From: Octopus sinensis
Taxonomy: Eukaryota
Length of the DNA stretch: 64,000 nt
Direction: 5' to 3'
NCBI RefSeq assembly: GCF_006345805.1
Contig: NC_043002.1
Coordinates: 51,088,001-51,152,000, forward strand
The notes under the pieces were generated by a model, which saw only the letters and a program-made list of their open reading frames with translations, ran no database searches and was not told the DNA's origin. The position numbers and the translations under genes were made by a program. This document shows, in pieces, positions 25,612 through 43,300 of the stretch (the first letter of the stretch is position 1; each line of letters opens with the position of its first letter).

Positions 25612-26704
25612 TGTTATGTATGTATGTATGTATGTATGGATGTATGTATGTATGTTCCTTGTTTTCGTATACATTCTCTTGCTTTCTTCCAAAGTATCTA
25701 GTGCTCTTTGCTTAGATTTCCTTGGGCCCGGCCAGATTAGAGCAGTCTCGAGATTAAACGGCCGAAACTGCAGGGACGATCTGCTTCTTGACTGAAGATT
25801 GAAAACACCGAATGATCTGTCCTTGTTTTTTCCTGTCCTTTTTTGTATTACTCCTGCTGTCCGAATGTTTTGTCGCGTTTTACGTTCTTGTTCCATTTTT
25901 TGTCTTGATTGTATATGTGTGTGTGTGTATATATATATATAAAGTTGGCCCTTTTCATATGTGTTTATATATATATATATAGATATATATATATAATATA
26001 TATATAATATAATAATTATAAATATATACACACACGTATGTACATACCTACATATATATGTATATATACATGCACATATGGGTACAGGACATAAAAAACG
26101 TTGAACACAATGAGAAACGAAAATAAGAACAAATTAGAAACAAACTTTTTTGCAAACAACGAAACAAACAGAAACGAGACCTACAACACAGGAATATTCC
26201 CCTTCTTCAGTTGTCCCTGTTTCATCTACTCCGCGTTCCGGGGGTAAGTACAAGACGCGACTTCGTTAAAACTGTTCTTCCGGCAAAGCAAATTAAATAA
26301 AATTTGGGGTTTTTTGCGGTGGGTGAAAGTGGTAACAAGAACAACATAGTAAGAACAAAAACAATAAACACAATAAAAAACTAAAAGCAGTAAAAGACAG
26401 AACAATGGGAACCAAACAGTAAAAACAAACGATGAAGGCTGTTAAGTCAAGACGATGGAAAACTTATTTTGAACGCTTAAGGAGACAGCTTATGAAGAGA
26501 CAGGATAAGCCAGTCTGGTCTTTGTGAAGATAGTAGTCGTAAAGATGGCTTCCCTTTGATCACGTGTCAACGATGAGAGAGTCGAGGAGAAGGAGTAAGA
26601 GAGAAGGAACGGTGAAGGGGAGAGGAGAAGAATAGGGAAGGGTGGGAGAGAGAGCCAGAAAGGATGAAGACAAGAGAGGGAGAAAGATAGACATAGAAGA
26701 TGTA

Positions 26705-26772
<68 letters not shown>

Positions 26773-27121
26773 TATATATTATATATATATGTATATATAT
26801 ATATGTATATGTATATGTATAATATATATATATTATATATATATATATTATATATATATATAATATTATATATATATATATAGTGTTTATGTATATATAT
26901 ATAGAGTATTTGGTGTGTATTTAATATACTTCATGTAATAATGTGCCTAAATCGCTTATCCTCACATTTACTTCTATACCCGTCCAACCTGATCCCTTTT
27001 ATGGTTTTCTTTAGCTTGTGGAATATCCCCGTAAAAATATCGGAGTCCAAGTTTGAATCTTCTGAGCAGTTCTATGTGTTTCTATGCAGAGAATATCTGG
27101 ATATCATATGTGAACTATTCC

Positions 27122-27162
<41 letters not shown>

Positions 27163-27164
27163 CT

Positions 27165-27249
<85 letters not shown>

Positions 27250-28139
27250 CACGTGTGTGTGTTGTTGGCATCCATTTGTCTCGGGAGACAATGGAGATGC
27301 GCAAAAACTAATCCAGTCTTGTCATTACATTTCGTGTCCTCTCCAGTTTTCTGTCCAGTTTTGTGCAGGCCTGGGCTAGATGTAAAAAAATCCTGGGTAG
27401 CCCAATCGTACCTCGTTCAATAAACTCGGTTTTGCTTGATTCGATTATACAGCATGTCATTATTTGCCTGTAAGTGGTTGCCTATACGCTATAGCAGCCC
27501 TGGCTATAGCCTATATGCTAAAGCAGTCCAGATATGTGCCCCAGATATCGCGCAGTATGAGTGAATCAAGAACCACATGACGAGAAAGCGATCTTCTTAA
27601 CCACATAGCCATGCCTTGGACATTAAATATATAAATAAGTAAATACAGAAATAAATAAATAAACACACGGTAACAATAGTTGAAACATCTTTGGTGATCA
27701 AAAAGATCAATCAGATTTCACCAAGGGTTAAAACAACAAGAGAACTTTCACTAACACAGCGTCAATTAGCTTCACTACCAGCGTTATGAGCACAACCATC
27801 ACCGATCACCACAAAAAAAAAAATGAAAGAGAAAAGAAATATATTTTAAGCATTAAGTATAAAAAATACAGCACCAGAACCATCACGACCGCAAAGTAAA
27901 AATAAAAACAATATGAGTACCATCAACCACAGCACCACCAGCAGACTAGCAAATTTACAGAATGCACCATACCGCTGCATTCTTCAACGTAACTCCGCTA
28001 TTTTCCTTCAACTTAATACACGTTGCAATTTATTTTGATTAAAAGTAGAGAATGAGTTTATTTCCATAATTAAGTTTACTCATGCAATATATCAACTTAA
28101 ACAATAACAAAACACACACACAAACACACATACACATTA

Positions 28140-31570
<3,431 letters not shown>

Positions 31571-33444
31571 AGGCACAAATTGATAAGAAAGCGATAGGAA
31601 TAGAGAGAGATAAAGAGAAAGAAAGAGAGTAATGAAGAAAGAGTGAGTAAGAAGGAGAGGAACAGTGAGAGAATGTGTATGAGAGATGTGGATTGGTGGG
31701 GTGTAAATAGATATACATCCGTGTCTGTACATATGTTTAAGTTGTCATAATTAAAAAATACAAATATATAGATTTAGAACTCAAAATATATATTAATAAA
31801 TGTGTCTGTTCGTGTTCCATTGATTATGAGTGTAAGCCTTAATGTGTTTGTGTGTGTGTGTACAATTGTGTGTACAGGTGTGTTAGTATTTATATATGCA
31901 TTCTTATATGCGTGTAAAGAGAGGTAACAATCGTCATTAATACATATGCTCCCCCCACCGCGTAGTAAAGCAACCCCGCCCTTGCCATTTCGCCGCCACC
32001 ACCACATGAATACCAATACTACCATCTCCATCCCCATCCCCGTCCTCTCCACCACTACCACCACCACCACCGTTACCAAGACATGTTCATTAGAGAAATA
32101 ATTACAATTATGTTAAATGCAATGTCAAGTTTTTAACTTCAAACCTGACATCAACTCAGTTTCATCTCACACGACTCACGGATGAATGGACAGCGGATGT
32201 GTTGTTGATTATATTGTTGTTGTTGTAGCGATGATGGTGGTGGAGGCGCACGTACAAGTAGTAGTAGTGGTAGTGGTGGTGGTGGTGGTGGTGTTATATT
32301 TGTTGTAGTGCTAGGAATGGCGGTTGTTATTGTTAGCGTTGCGGTGATAGGGACAGTGGTGGCGGATGCCGGTGCAATGATGGTAGCGTCGGGAGCAGTG
32401 ATGTTTGGTGGTTATGGTGATGGTTGTGTGGTGGTTGTGGTTGCTGTAGATATAGATGCAGTGCTCGTGATGATGTAAACTTTAATTAAATCGAAGCGAT
32501 GGTAGCTGCTTGTAGTTACTGCTGTGCCGGCGGCTGCGACAGTGGTCGCGGTAGTGTTGGTGTTAGTGGTGGTTTTGGTGGTGGTATTGGTGGGTGATCG
32601 TTGGCGGTGTTCGTCGACTGGGATGGTGGCTGTAGGAGAGTGTTGTATTGTTTGTGAAGATGGTGCAACATGTGGTTCTAGTTCTGCCTCTGGTAGTGCT
32701 GTCGCAGGGCGCTGTGAAGATAGTCGTAACTGTAGTAATAAGATTAGTAGCTGATTAACTGTTGTTGATAGTTATGGTCTAATTTGTTGCTGTTCCTGTC
32801 GTTGTTGTTGCTATTGTTAATCGCGAGATTAGCAATAGCAACCGTTGATGGATGATTGTACCGTTGATGATTGATTGAGATCGTGTTGATTGTGATAATA
32901 ACTGCTGTCTTAAGAGTTGATTTTTGCTCCCTATATCACTGGCTTATTTAGGAGAGGAAAAGTAACTCCAAAAGGCACTTTCATGGTCTACTTAACAGAT
33001 GAGAAGCATGATGCAAGTTATCATCAGGTCGGTGACCAAGCCGGAAAACTTGCACTTCTAAGCACTCTGCTCATATTATTGCAAGCATTCGCAAAAGAAC
33101 ATCACAAAAACAGTTTATTTACGTCAGGTAGGAAGTTGGCCGAACGACCAAGTATACCAATAGTACTTGTCTTCAACATATATGTTCACATAGCTGGTAT
33201 CCGTACAATATAACCTTTGAATAACTGGTTAACAGCATGGCTGGGGGTGAAAATGTCTGTAAATTTCTCCCCACTGTACAGCCTATTTTTGTAGGCTTGT
33301 TAGTTCCTGGGGGAGTCAGGTGGAGTTGGGTGAAGTAGACTTGGTGTTGACTGTTTTTGCTTATATTTGTAGATGAGAATCAATACAGTGTTTGGGCTTA
33401 GTGGTGTTATTGACGCAGTGCATATACGTTATTTATAATATTTA

Positions 33445-34300
33445 AAGGGGCAAGCTGACAGAATAAGTTAGCACGACGGACAAAATGCTTACCGGTATTT
33501 CGTCCGTCTTCCGTTCTGAGCTCTAATTCCCCCGAGGTCGACTTTGACTTTTATCTTTTCGGGAGTGATATAAGAATCAGTTGAACACTGGAGTCGATGT
33601 GCCAAAATTTGAAATCGATATTTAAATAGGTTGAGACAACATTCTTAGGGTGGTACAATGATGTACAAGGGAGTTGTAGACATGTTCAGGTTGGACTGTT
33701 TATGCTTAATCTAAAACAAAGAGCAGTACCCAATTTATCAAGGTCTCCAGGACTGGCAAATAGAGGCAAAAAAACTTATCTTTAGACTGGATACTTGACC
33801 GCAATGCTTGCAAATATGTTAACTCCGTTAAAGGTACTTAAAGACCAGATAGTGTAGTTGGACTAGGTTTCGGATTAAGGCTACCAGCTAAGAATTTGAA
33901 ACATAGTCATTCTACATCAGTAGGATAGTACTTTTTGAAATTTACCCCGAAAGAATGAAAGACAAAGTTGATCTCGGCACTATTTAGAGTTAGAATGCGC
34001 AGAGTCTGATCAAATATCGCAAGGAATCTTGTTCTACGGCCAATTTACCGAGGATGATGGCACCAGGGACTGTGTGACAGAGATTGTACGATAAGAACTG
34101 CGCACTTTAAGGTTTCAGTGCCAAAACAAGCTACATTCTCAGCATGCCCACAGTGTGTTTCACTTCTGTTATTTTCCTATCCTTAAGGTGGCGCGCTGGC
34201 AGAATCGTTAGCACGCTGGACGAAATGCTTAGCGGTATTTCGCCAGTCGCCAAGTTCTGAGTTCAAATTCCGCCGAGGTCGACTTTGCCTTTCATTCCTT
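33445..34300. mobile_element. Three degenerate family-B SINE copies (+ ~33445-33620, - ~33900-34050, + ~34186-34300)
   Basis: AAATGCTTAGCGGTATTTCG...GAGTTCAAATTCCGCCGAGGTCGACTTTGCCTTTCAT motifs. Confidence 0.75.
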
Positions 34301-34346
34301 TCTCTGATGAAGGGATAGCCATAACATCCCAGAAACAGCTGTAAGA
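34301..34346 (+). ncRNA. Minimal type I hammerhead ribozyme (predicted)
   Basis: TCT-CTGATGA-A-GGGAT-AGCCATAAC-ATCCC-A-GAAA-CAGCTG-TA-AGA: intact core, palindromic stem III (ACAGCTGT), GUA triplet, 3-bp stem I. Stem II is closed by an A-A mismatch. Confidence 0.6.
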
Positions 34347-34406
34347 CTATTTCATTATAAATGTCCTGAAAACTCTCAGCCTTGGATTTGTTATCTCATT
34401 CGGTCT

Positions 34407-34495
<89 letters not shown>

Positions 34496-35219
34496 ATGTA
34501 TGTATGTATGTATGTATGTATATGTATGTATACCTCGCTTTTGTATTTGGTTTGCAAAATTCTTGAAGTGGATTCCTGCGTTGGTTGAAGCAAATCTTGT
34601 ATCTTGGAAGGCTCACTATACTGATAGTAATAAACAAACACAATGACTCAATATCAGATATTTATTGTTAGTGAATTAGTTTATTATTTAACCAGCAAAC
34701 TAATCGATTGATTCCTTCATGTGATGGTCAAACAATCAATCGCTTCTTTGTCAAAGACTTTTCATCGCTATTCGCGACCTCATTAACGACATGCCCTCAC
34801 TCTTTGAGGTCTGCTTTGAGTCTCTTTCAGACGGTTAAAACATAACTTATCAGATATATGGAGCAACGTTAGAGTTGTGATGTTGTGCTCGTGTTCTACC
34901 CCTATGAGGCAGCGGTAGGGTATAGAAAGTAAATATATAAGTCTTGTTTATTTGTAATTCATGTATTGATTAATATCATGTTGAGCACTAGCCTTCTGGT
35001 TCTGATAAGAGTCCTGGCGGAGGATATTAGGAAATTCGCATATCTTCGCTATCGGAGCTTAATAACTAATACTGTGCATTATATGTCCAAATATAGTGAG
35101 GTCCAGCAACTATTATTGATAGTACAATTGCAAAGTAGAATGCACGCGCGCGCACACATACTCACATACACTCATACACACACACGCACATACACACACA
35201 CACACCACACACACACACA

Positions 35220-35259
<40 letters not shown>

Positions 35260-36429
35260 GTATATATAGAACACCTAAAATGCTTTCTGCTCTGACTGTT
35301 TGGCCCTGGGTTGATTTACACAGCCAAGTAACCGTACTCTGTTGGCCCTTTAATTGTTTTACAGAGCAGAATTAACGCCAAGGTTTATTTCAGTATTTTG
35401 GCTCATCATGTGCAGCCTATGATTCAAACATTTTACCCTGATGGTAGCGCAGTCTTCTAGAAAAATAGAGCACCTATTCACATGGCTAATGTTATTCACA
35501 TTTCTGTAAAACATTTGAGAGCATAGGTTCTCGTAAACATTAAAAATATATACAGAGTAATGAACATAAACATGAAAAATTCAAATCGGGAGGGACAAGT
35601 TTAAAGAAAGCTGTTATTAGTATAAGAAAGAGGATAAGAAAGAGCTTTTAACGTTTCGGACGCTCCGCTTTTATCAGAAAAAGAAAACAGAAACAAGGAA
35701 ATAAATAGGAAAGGTGGCGAAGAAAAACAAAGGAAGACTTATGGACCAGATAGAAATTCGGTTCTATGGTGATGAGTTTGGAAGAGTGGAAGATGCAGGT
35801 GGGATATGCTTGTATAGGAAGGTAACCATGTATGGAGTTCAACACAGGGAGCTGTATGTGAGGTGTGTAATGTGGATGGTTTCTGAGGTGCGTCAAATTA
35901 TGCAAGCGTGGGAGGGAATTAATGTTGTAGAATAGATTGTGTGTTGGAGTAAGGTGAGTTGGTGTGAATTTAATGTAGACGAGAGGAAGACGTGGGGACT
36001 TGAACAATGTAGGTAGGTTCGCAATTGAATGAAACAATACATTTGGTGAGAAATATATAAAAGTCTAATAAAGAAGTACAAAACCACCCAGAGGAAAATG
36101 TGTAAACAGTGAGAAAATATATATAAATAAAACTGGTGACAAGTCAAGAAGAACAAAATCAAGTTAATTGGCATTGTCCTCGTCGTCGATGTCGTCTTTT
36201 GTCATTTCCATTCTCCAACTTTTCCTTTCTCATTTTTACTTGTTGGTGATAGCATTTTTGTTGTTGTCGACGTCCTCTCCATCGTCCTTTAGTTTTTGCG
36301 CTTCTGTCGTATTTTGGCTCCAAATTAATCCCCATCTGGAACCTTTATAAACATACTGATTCTAGGCGTGACGAACAAACACCACGGCTTCGTTTATTAC
36401 CTTTGAATCGTTGTTACATATTGGTTGCT

Positions 36430-36640
36430 AATTTTTGCACAAGACCAGCAGTTCCGGGAGATGGTGTAGGTTGATTACATCGGCCCTCAGTACTCAACTG
36501 GTACTTATTTTGTTGACCCCAAAGAGAAGAAATGCAAAGACGATCTCGGCGGAATTCGAACTCAAAACGTAATGACTGTCGAAACGCTGCTAAGCATTTT
36601 GCTCCTCTTTATGGTAACGATTCTGCCAGCTCGCAATCTT
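36430..36640 (-). mobile_element. Family-B SINE, degenerate
   Basis: CTGGTACTTATTTTGTTGACCCC...GGCGGAATTCGAACTCA...CTAAGCATTT...ACGATTCTGCCAGCTCGC. Confidence 0.8.
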
Positions 36641-37364
36641 GTTATTGCTATATATCAACTAAGTTGCTGCAGTTTATAATTAACTTTCTCCTGGAACTGG
36701 TTACTATTTAAAATCTTGGTTGTTAATTTTGCTGAACACCATTTTCGAATGCCACGTGATCAAAATCATTCCTACCAGGACCAACATGTCTTTTATTCGA
36801 ACATTGTATTATGAAGATCATTGACCCAATGATAAATTTAGATATTTTGAAGACAGTAGGGGTATGTGCTAAGGGAAAAGCAATTCTGTAATTAGGGCTG
36901 TTCATTGTTTAAATTTTATAACCTGAAATCCGAACTAATCCGAGAAATCTCTCGTCACAAGTGTTCCAGTCGTGACTTTCATACTTAATTAATATTTTTT
37001 CAAGACATTTATATAATTAATATTGAAAATAAATATGAAATTCGTTATTACTTCGGATACAAAAATGAAGATAATGGTGTGAATTTATATATATATATCA
37101 AAGAACACCCGTATACACACACACACACACACATACACACACATACAAGTATATATACATATTTGTATGTGCGTTTTTGTATACTCATACACATGCATAT
37201 TTGTATATACATATGTGTGTATGTGTGTGAGTGTTTAGAGAGAAAAGATTGTAGCGGATCGATCCTGCGATACATACATAAATAATTTTTTATGTATATA
37301 CGAAGATTGATAGATTGATAAAAACATAGGCAGGCGAATAAGTAGATCGGTGCGTGTGCAAATG

Positions 37365-37444
<80 letters not shown>

Positions 37445-38132
37445 TATAGATAGATATACAGACAGATAGATAGCGCTGATGTAGCAAGAGAAAAAAAAGT
37501 ATAGAATCTAAGTCAAATATAAAGATGAAACCCTATACTGATAAATCTATAAAACTTCTTCAATCAAATTATCGAACAGAGCAAAACGGTTTTGTTAAAA
37601 AAAAATGAAAATAAGTAACAAAAAATGGAAAAGTTAAATATAGACAGACAAGATAAAAACAAAAACAAAAAAACAACCATAGTTTTCCCACGCAAAATGC
37701 TTTAAGATTTATTATTCATCACTAGACACATACATACATATGTATATATGCGTATATATATATATATTTATATATATTATATACATATATATTACACATA
37801 CACACACACACATATGTATATACTAGATAGTATATGTATTTTTTCATATGCATAAATATATAGATAGAAAGATATATAGATTATGATCGTACGCTGCTAT
37901 ACGCATGCGCATTCATATATCAAAACGAAGTTACTAGTTCAACATCTGATACGGATTATTTTTTTAAAATAATGTTTGCCGTTGTCTTTTTATATTTATA
38001 TCATTTTTTGTGCTCATATACAGTGTTCTTTTTTTTTTAACAGTCTCTCTCTCTCTCTCCACTCTCTTTGATTCTCTATGTATGAAATAGTAAGTTTGTG
38101 TATGTGTGCTTGTATTCATATATGCTTGTGTG

Positions 38133-38199
<67 letters not shown>

Positions 38200-38473
38200 C
38201 GTGAGTGTGCGGGATCTTTCTGTGAACTAATCAACCAGTTTCGCAACTGACGGCATGAGTATTCCCTCGTGGAGCTGTAAGTATTTTTCGATTTCCTGCA
38301 CCTCGTGCCGTCAGAGGGCTCCAATGTCGACAACACTGGACAGCAAGTCTAGCTAGAGAGAACTGTTAATGCTGGTGTCCATCTTTCATTGAGGTTTCTA
38401 CTCTTTCCCTCCTTCTCTCCCCCTTCTCTCTCTCTCCCTCTCTTTCATTGTATCCACCTATGTATGTATCTAT

Positions 38474-38525
<52 letters not shown>

Positions 38526-38639
38526 GTGCGTGTGTATCCGTTTAAGAATAATATAGTCATATACGTGTATATATGTCTAAGTGAACGGATGCGTAATCAT
38601 GTATACGTTTATTTTTGCCTGTATATATATATATATATA

Positions 38640-38674
<35 letters not shown>

Positions 38675-39794
38675 GGCGTGTGTGTGTATGTATGAGTATA
38701 TGTATGGTTGTACGCTTTCTAACTGCGTGTATATATGTGCGTACTTCCTCTCTGAGTGTAATTGTGAATTTGCGTTTGTAAGCATCCGTACATGTGTCTA
38801 TATATTTGACGCATCTGTCTACTGTGTGTATATCGCATGTATATAGCTATACGTTTGAAAGTGTCTATTTCTGAATTTGTCTCTATACTAGTATTGGCAC
38901 AGGATGGTCCAGTGGTTAAGTAATTCGCTTTGATTATTATTACGCCCTGTCTTCGACACCACTGTATGGCAACTTAAACTAATGTAGTGGTCATCCAGCA
39001 TTCTTGTTTCAGACATAGTGTGTTGAGGGTGAATTGAATAATCTTAGAACTGTGTAAATGAAACAAATGGCAAAGTCATTGACACCAAACTCGCGAGTCA
39101 TACCTGTGAACGTCACATACTTTTTTGATCACGTCACATACTTTTTTGCTCATTTTTACCTTTTCCTCCGTATTTTGTCTCTTCATTGCACTTATGTTGA
39201 TGGGTATGAGTACTTAAATCCATTTAGAAACCAGACTGCCTCGCAGTACGGTCATGTAAACACAAACGATATTCAGTCCATTCTAGGTTGCCGAGCAGTG
39301 TGGGTGGTCACTAGAGTATGCTTTTGCAGTACAAGTAGAAGCTTCACCTAGTCGCTGATCCGAGTTATCACAGATCAATCCGTGATAAGCATAACATGGT
39401 TCATGATTAAGCGTACCGTATTATCTGGGATCAGTGATGACTGAATCAGCGATAAACGAGACCACATATATTATCTATTCTTTTTTGTTTATTAAGACAG
39501 TAGCAGGTGATTTAAGAATGAGTCTTCCACTGTTTGTGATGTTCAAGAAAAGAAAGGCTTCGACCGTTCCTCAGCTTTTGCTTTATTTCTTAGTCAACAA
39601 TTAAAGAGCAGCGCCCCTGATCCTTCTCTTCAGGAGAGAGAACAACAGAATGAACTCCTCTAAACCTACCCAAGCCCTCTGTAGTATTTAACTAAGCAGC
39701 GGTGAATTAATGAATTAGTGATCCGTGGCAAAGATGTTAATTGTGATAGTAAACATAAATATAATGGACATAGCATCTGTGATAGTGAAGATGC

Positions 39795-40050
39795 GTTGTG
39801 AAAAGATCCGGGTGTTGCATTTACTATCGCAAGATCGTGGCTTCGGTTTCCAGACCGGTCAATGCGTGGTATGTTCTTGAGCTAAATACTTCGTTTCACG
39901 CTGTTCTGTGAGAGCTCTGAGATCTGATGTGTGGCACACCATGCATCTGTACAAATAATGTCTATTCGATGGAGAGAATGAGTTAATGTACAGGTTGTTC
40001 AGTAAGAAATTGGAGAACCCTCACTGTCGTTCACAACAGGAGAGCCCAAC
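39795..40050 (+). mobile_element. Degenerate SINE related to family D (alternative 3' part)
   Basis: TGTTCTTGAGC...ACTTCGTTTCACGCTG...GATGTGTGGCACACCATGCATCTGT; similar to 56957-57235. Confidence 0.55.
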
Positions 40051-40146
40051 AGAGATATGTTGATTTGTAATGGTGGGAATGAGGATGCTAGTAATAGAAA
40101 TGGTAGTTTGGGCTGTGGTGATTATGATGGTCTTAATGGTCAAGAA

Positions 40147-40499
40147 CAGTGGTTCTCACCTGGGAACCATGTGGCTCCTCTGGATCCGTATAAGATTTTT
40201 GGAGGTCCTTGCAACGAAATAGTAAATTGGGGATTTACAATAATATTTTAAGGGCTCCTGAAAAAATTTTGCTTTAGATGTTTCTATTAGTATGTATTGC
40301 AAGAAAGAGCTAGATTTCGTTCTCTACCATTTTATGATACATAGTTCAACCTACACAAGTTAATGTATGAAAAACAAAATAGGAATTTTGATAGAAGTGT
40401 CTATTAAACTAGTTTTTAAAAATAGAATCGATATGTGGTCCACCAGAATAAGATAGTAATCAAAGGGATCCATAGATAAAAAATGGTTGAGAATCCCTG
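40147..40499. mobile_element. Non-autonomous hAT/Charlie-type DNA transposon (MITE), 353 bp
   Basis: TIRs CAGTGGTTCTCACC / GGTTGAGAATCCCTG. The 8-bp flanks GTCAAGAA (40139-40146) and GTCTAGAA (40500-40507) match at 7/8 and fit the Charlie NTCTAGAN target preference. Confidence 0.85.
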
Positions 40500-42172
40500 G
40501 TCTAGAATGTGAGAGTGGTGTGACGCCTATATCCACTGAATGTTACTAGATTTATGTAAGGTGAATTCGAATACGGTGTAATCTTTACAAAAATTCATAA
40601 GAGATAAACCCGCACAGAATAAATGTGTTATTAATTTGAACGCATCATACTGAGTTCCTGTTACAGTGGCAATCAAATTTGATTAAAGTTTGCAGCGTAT
40701 TGTAAAGATTCAACACGTGTCTGTAATGCAGTGTGTGAGTTTCTGTGTTAAAATCGAATGTGTATGTGTCCCTCAAAGCTTACACTCACAAGAAGCACAC
40801 ACATATACTAATATAAACAAACCCATACACACACACACACAAACGTTCTCATGTACAAACTCAAGCAGACAACCAAAAACTCAAGCATATGCTCATACCT
40901 ACGTATATACATGTATATATGTGTGTGCGAATGTTTTGTCTGCATGCGTATGTCTGTGTGTATAGAAAATTAAGGAATTCTCAAAGATAATAACAACAAC
41001 TAATTATTAGCTTTTTTTATTTCACAAAAAGCGAGGGACGATAGACCCCGTTCCATTTGTAATGATAGAATAATTCAATAATGGTTGGATAGAACATGCA
41101 TTTTTTAAAAAAGAAATAATAATTGTGAATATGGATTAAAAGTACTACATAAATATAGTGAAAATTACATATTCCTTCATACAATACACATGTCGTAAAA
41201 AGTGTTCATATATTTTTTCTTGTAAAGTCAAAAGTATAATCCAATGTTGCCGAAATACATTAAATGAATGTTTTTTTCACAATGAACTCAAATTAAAAGA
41301 AAGAATTTGATTTTACACTGATGACAATGGCAATTTACAAATAATTCCTCATTCAGTTTAATATGTGTCGTGATTTTAAGACAGTTGAGAGGAAAGCCGA
41401 TTCTGCTCTCTGCAACTGCTTCTTCGTTGGCTGTGGTTAGAGAACAGATGTTTGTTCTTTCCTGTTGAGAGACGACGCAAAAGTGATTTAAGAGAAGGCG
41501 GAGAGAAGAAAGAGAGGAGGAAAGCGAAATAAATAGTTTGCCCATAGCTATCGACAGCTGAATGAAAGAGCAAAGACGAAAATTCTTTTTGAGTTTCCTC
41601 CTTATGGTTAGAAAAGCTTACAAATGCAAACCTGTAATTGGCTTAGATAAAACAAGCTATAACATGTTACCTATTATATGAAAAGTTCAATGAAGGGGCT
41701 ACATTCACACCTTCAAGATATTGCTGAGAAAATAGAATGTATGCACAAAATAGTAACAGAGTCTGCATGACATGTGCACAGGATGAAAATAATTCTGCAT
41801 AGTGTTAAGCAAATTGCAAATTGGGATCTGCAGTTATACGTGCACACACGCATAATGCCTTGCAAATTGCTTGGTTGTTTGCATGCAAGTGAATCTTTAA
41901 AACAAAGAACTGAGCACGTGCTTTCGTACCACTGAATCTGCAGACTCAGGAAGTTAACAATGTCAATGACATTTTGAAAAGAATGCATATATCGTCAACG
42001 GTTATAACAACACATGCTCTTAACAAATCCTCATTTTGACAGACAAGTCGAAGACTGTTGGTTGCAAACACTGCATCTTTTTCATCTTCAAACTAAGTTG
42101 TTACGTGCATTATACTTGTATTCATATCAGTGTGTGTATGTGTGAGTGTGTGTTTGAGTGTGTTTGAGTGAG

Positions 42173-42208
<36 letters not shown>

Positions 42209-42984
42209 AGTGTGTGTGTGAATGTTTGAATGTGCATATGCGTGATGTAATACAAATTAGAATTGATTCATACGAAATGCACCCGTGAGAAAGACAAATT
42301 ATTGGGTGGTAAGACAAAAATAAAAAGTTAAAACAAAGTTTAAAATTTGAAATGATTAATTATGACTTTAAGAACAAAACAAAAAGTAAACAGTTCTATT
42401 TCTTAATGAATTAACGGGATATAAAATCTGTCCAATAGTTATCCTGTTTACATAGAAAACCAATAATTAAAATCGCAATTCCTTCGCTTTTCCTTTTCTT
42501 TTCTTTCGTTTTCAGTAGACGCTATGTGTTCGCAGTGTAATGTGAATTCTAGACACATTCATTGTAGCTTCTGTCATTGCTGTCATTATTGAATTGTCTC
42601 GTATGAGATATGTGTGTACTTGTGTGCCATTGGTGACTTGGTCAATGATCGCTATTACGTTATCCGGACAGACTTGTGACTGCAGCATCTAAGTTCGTAC
42701 TTTGCTGCTAACTCTAATTTAAGTGAACAATGACAGAGGCAAAAAGTGCAGCCATTGCTCTCACCCGTGTCAGAAAATGTAGGCTCAAAACAGTGGAAAA
42801 CAACGAGCTAAGATATTAGTCCTTAGAGTTATAGAGGAAATAATTTTAAGCATACCGGGCGGCAGAATAAATAACGTGATGTGGGACTTCGTGAGAGTAG
42901 TAATAAGTTTGAGCTTATCGTAAAGAATGCCGTTAGATCAAATGCATCAGACATTGAAGAACATGAAAAACAAACACACTGTTT

Positions 42985-43300
42985 ATCATTTCAGTCATTA
43001 GACTGCGGCCATGCTGGAGCGAGCACCACCTTGAAGCAAATTGAGTCGAATGAATCGACCACAGGACTTATTTTTTACAGCCTGGTACTCATTCTATCGG
43101 TCTCTTTTGTCCAACCACTAATTAGTGGGGACCTAAACAAACGAACACCGGTTATGAAGCAGTGGTGGGACGGACGCACACCACACACACACATACAAAC
43201 ACACATACAAACACACACACAATCACACACACATACACACACACATAACCACTTACGACGGTCTTTCAGTTTCCGTTTTACCAAATCCATTCATAACTCC
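42985..43300 (-). mobile_element. SINE family A, degenerate
   Basis: TTTCAGTCATTAGACTGCGGCCATGCTGGAGC...CTATCGGTCTCTTTTG...TTTCAGTTTCCGT. Confidence 0.8.

Noticed and set aside
25725-25800. GGCC...GGCC-GAAA-CTGCAG as a hammerhead
   Set aside because: There is no CUGANGA before the stem and no UH triplet after stem III.
33600-33900. EAKKLIFRLDT as a PLE GIY-YIG C-terminus
   Set aside because: A single short resemblance with no supporting upstream motif.
38240-38285. Micro-exon ending at GTAAGT
   Set aside because: A donor-like hexamer alone, with no credible acceptor or protein similarity.
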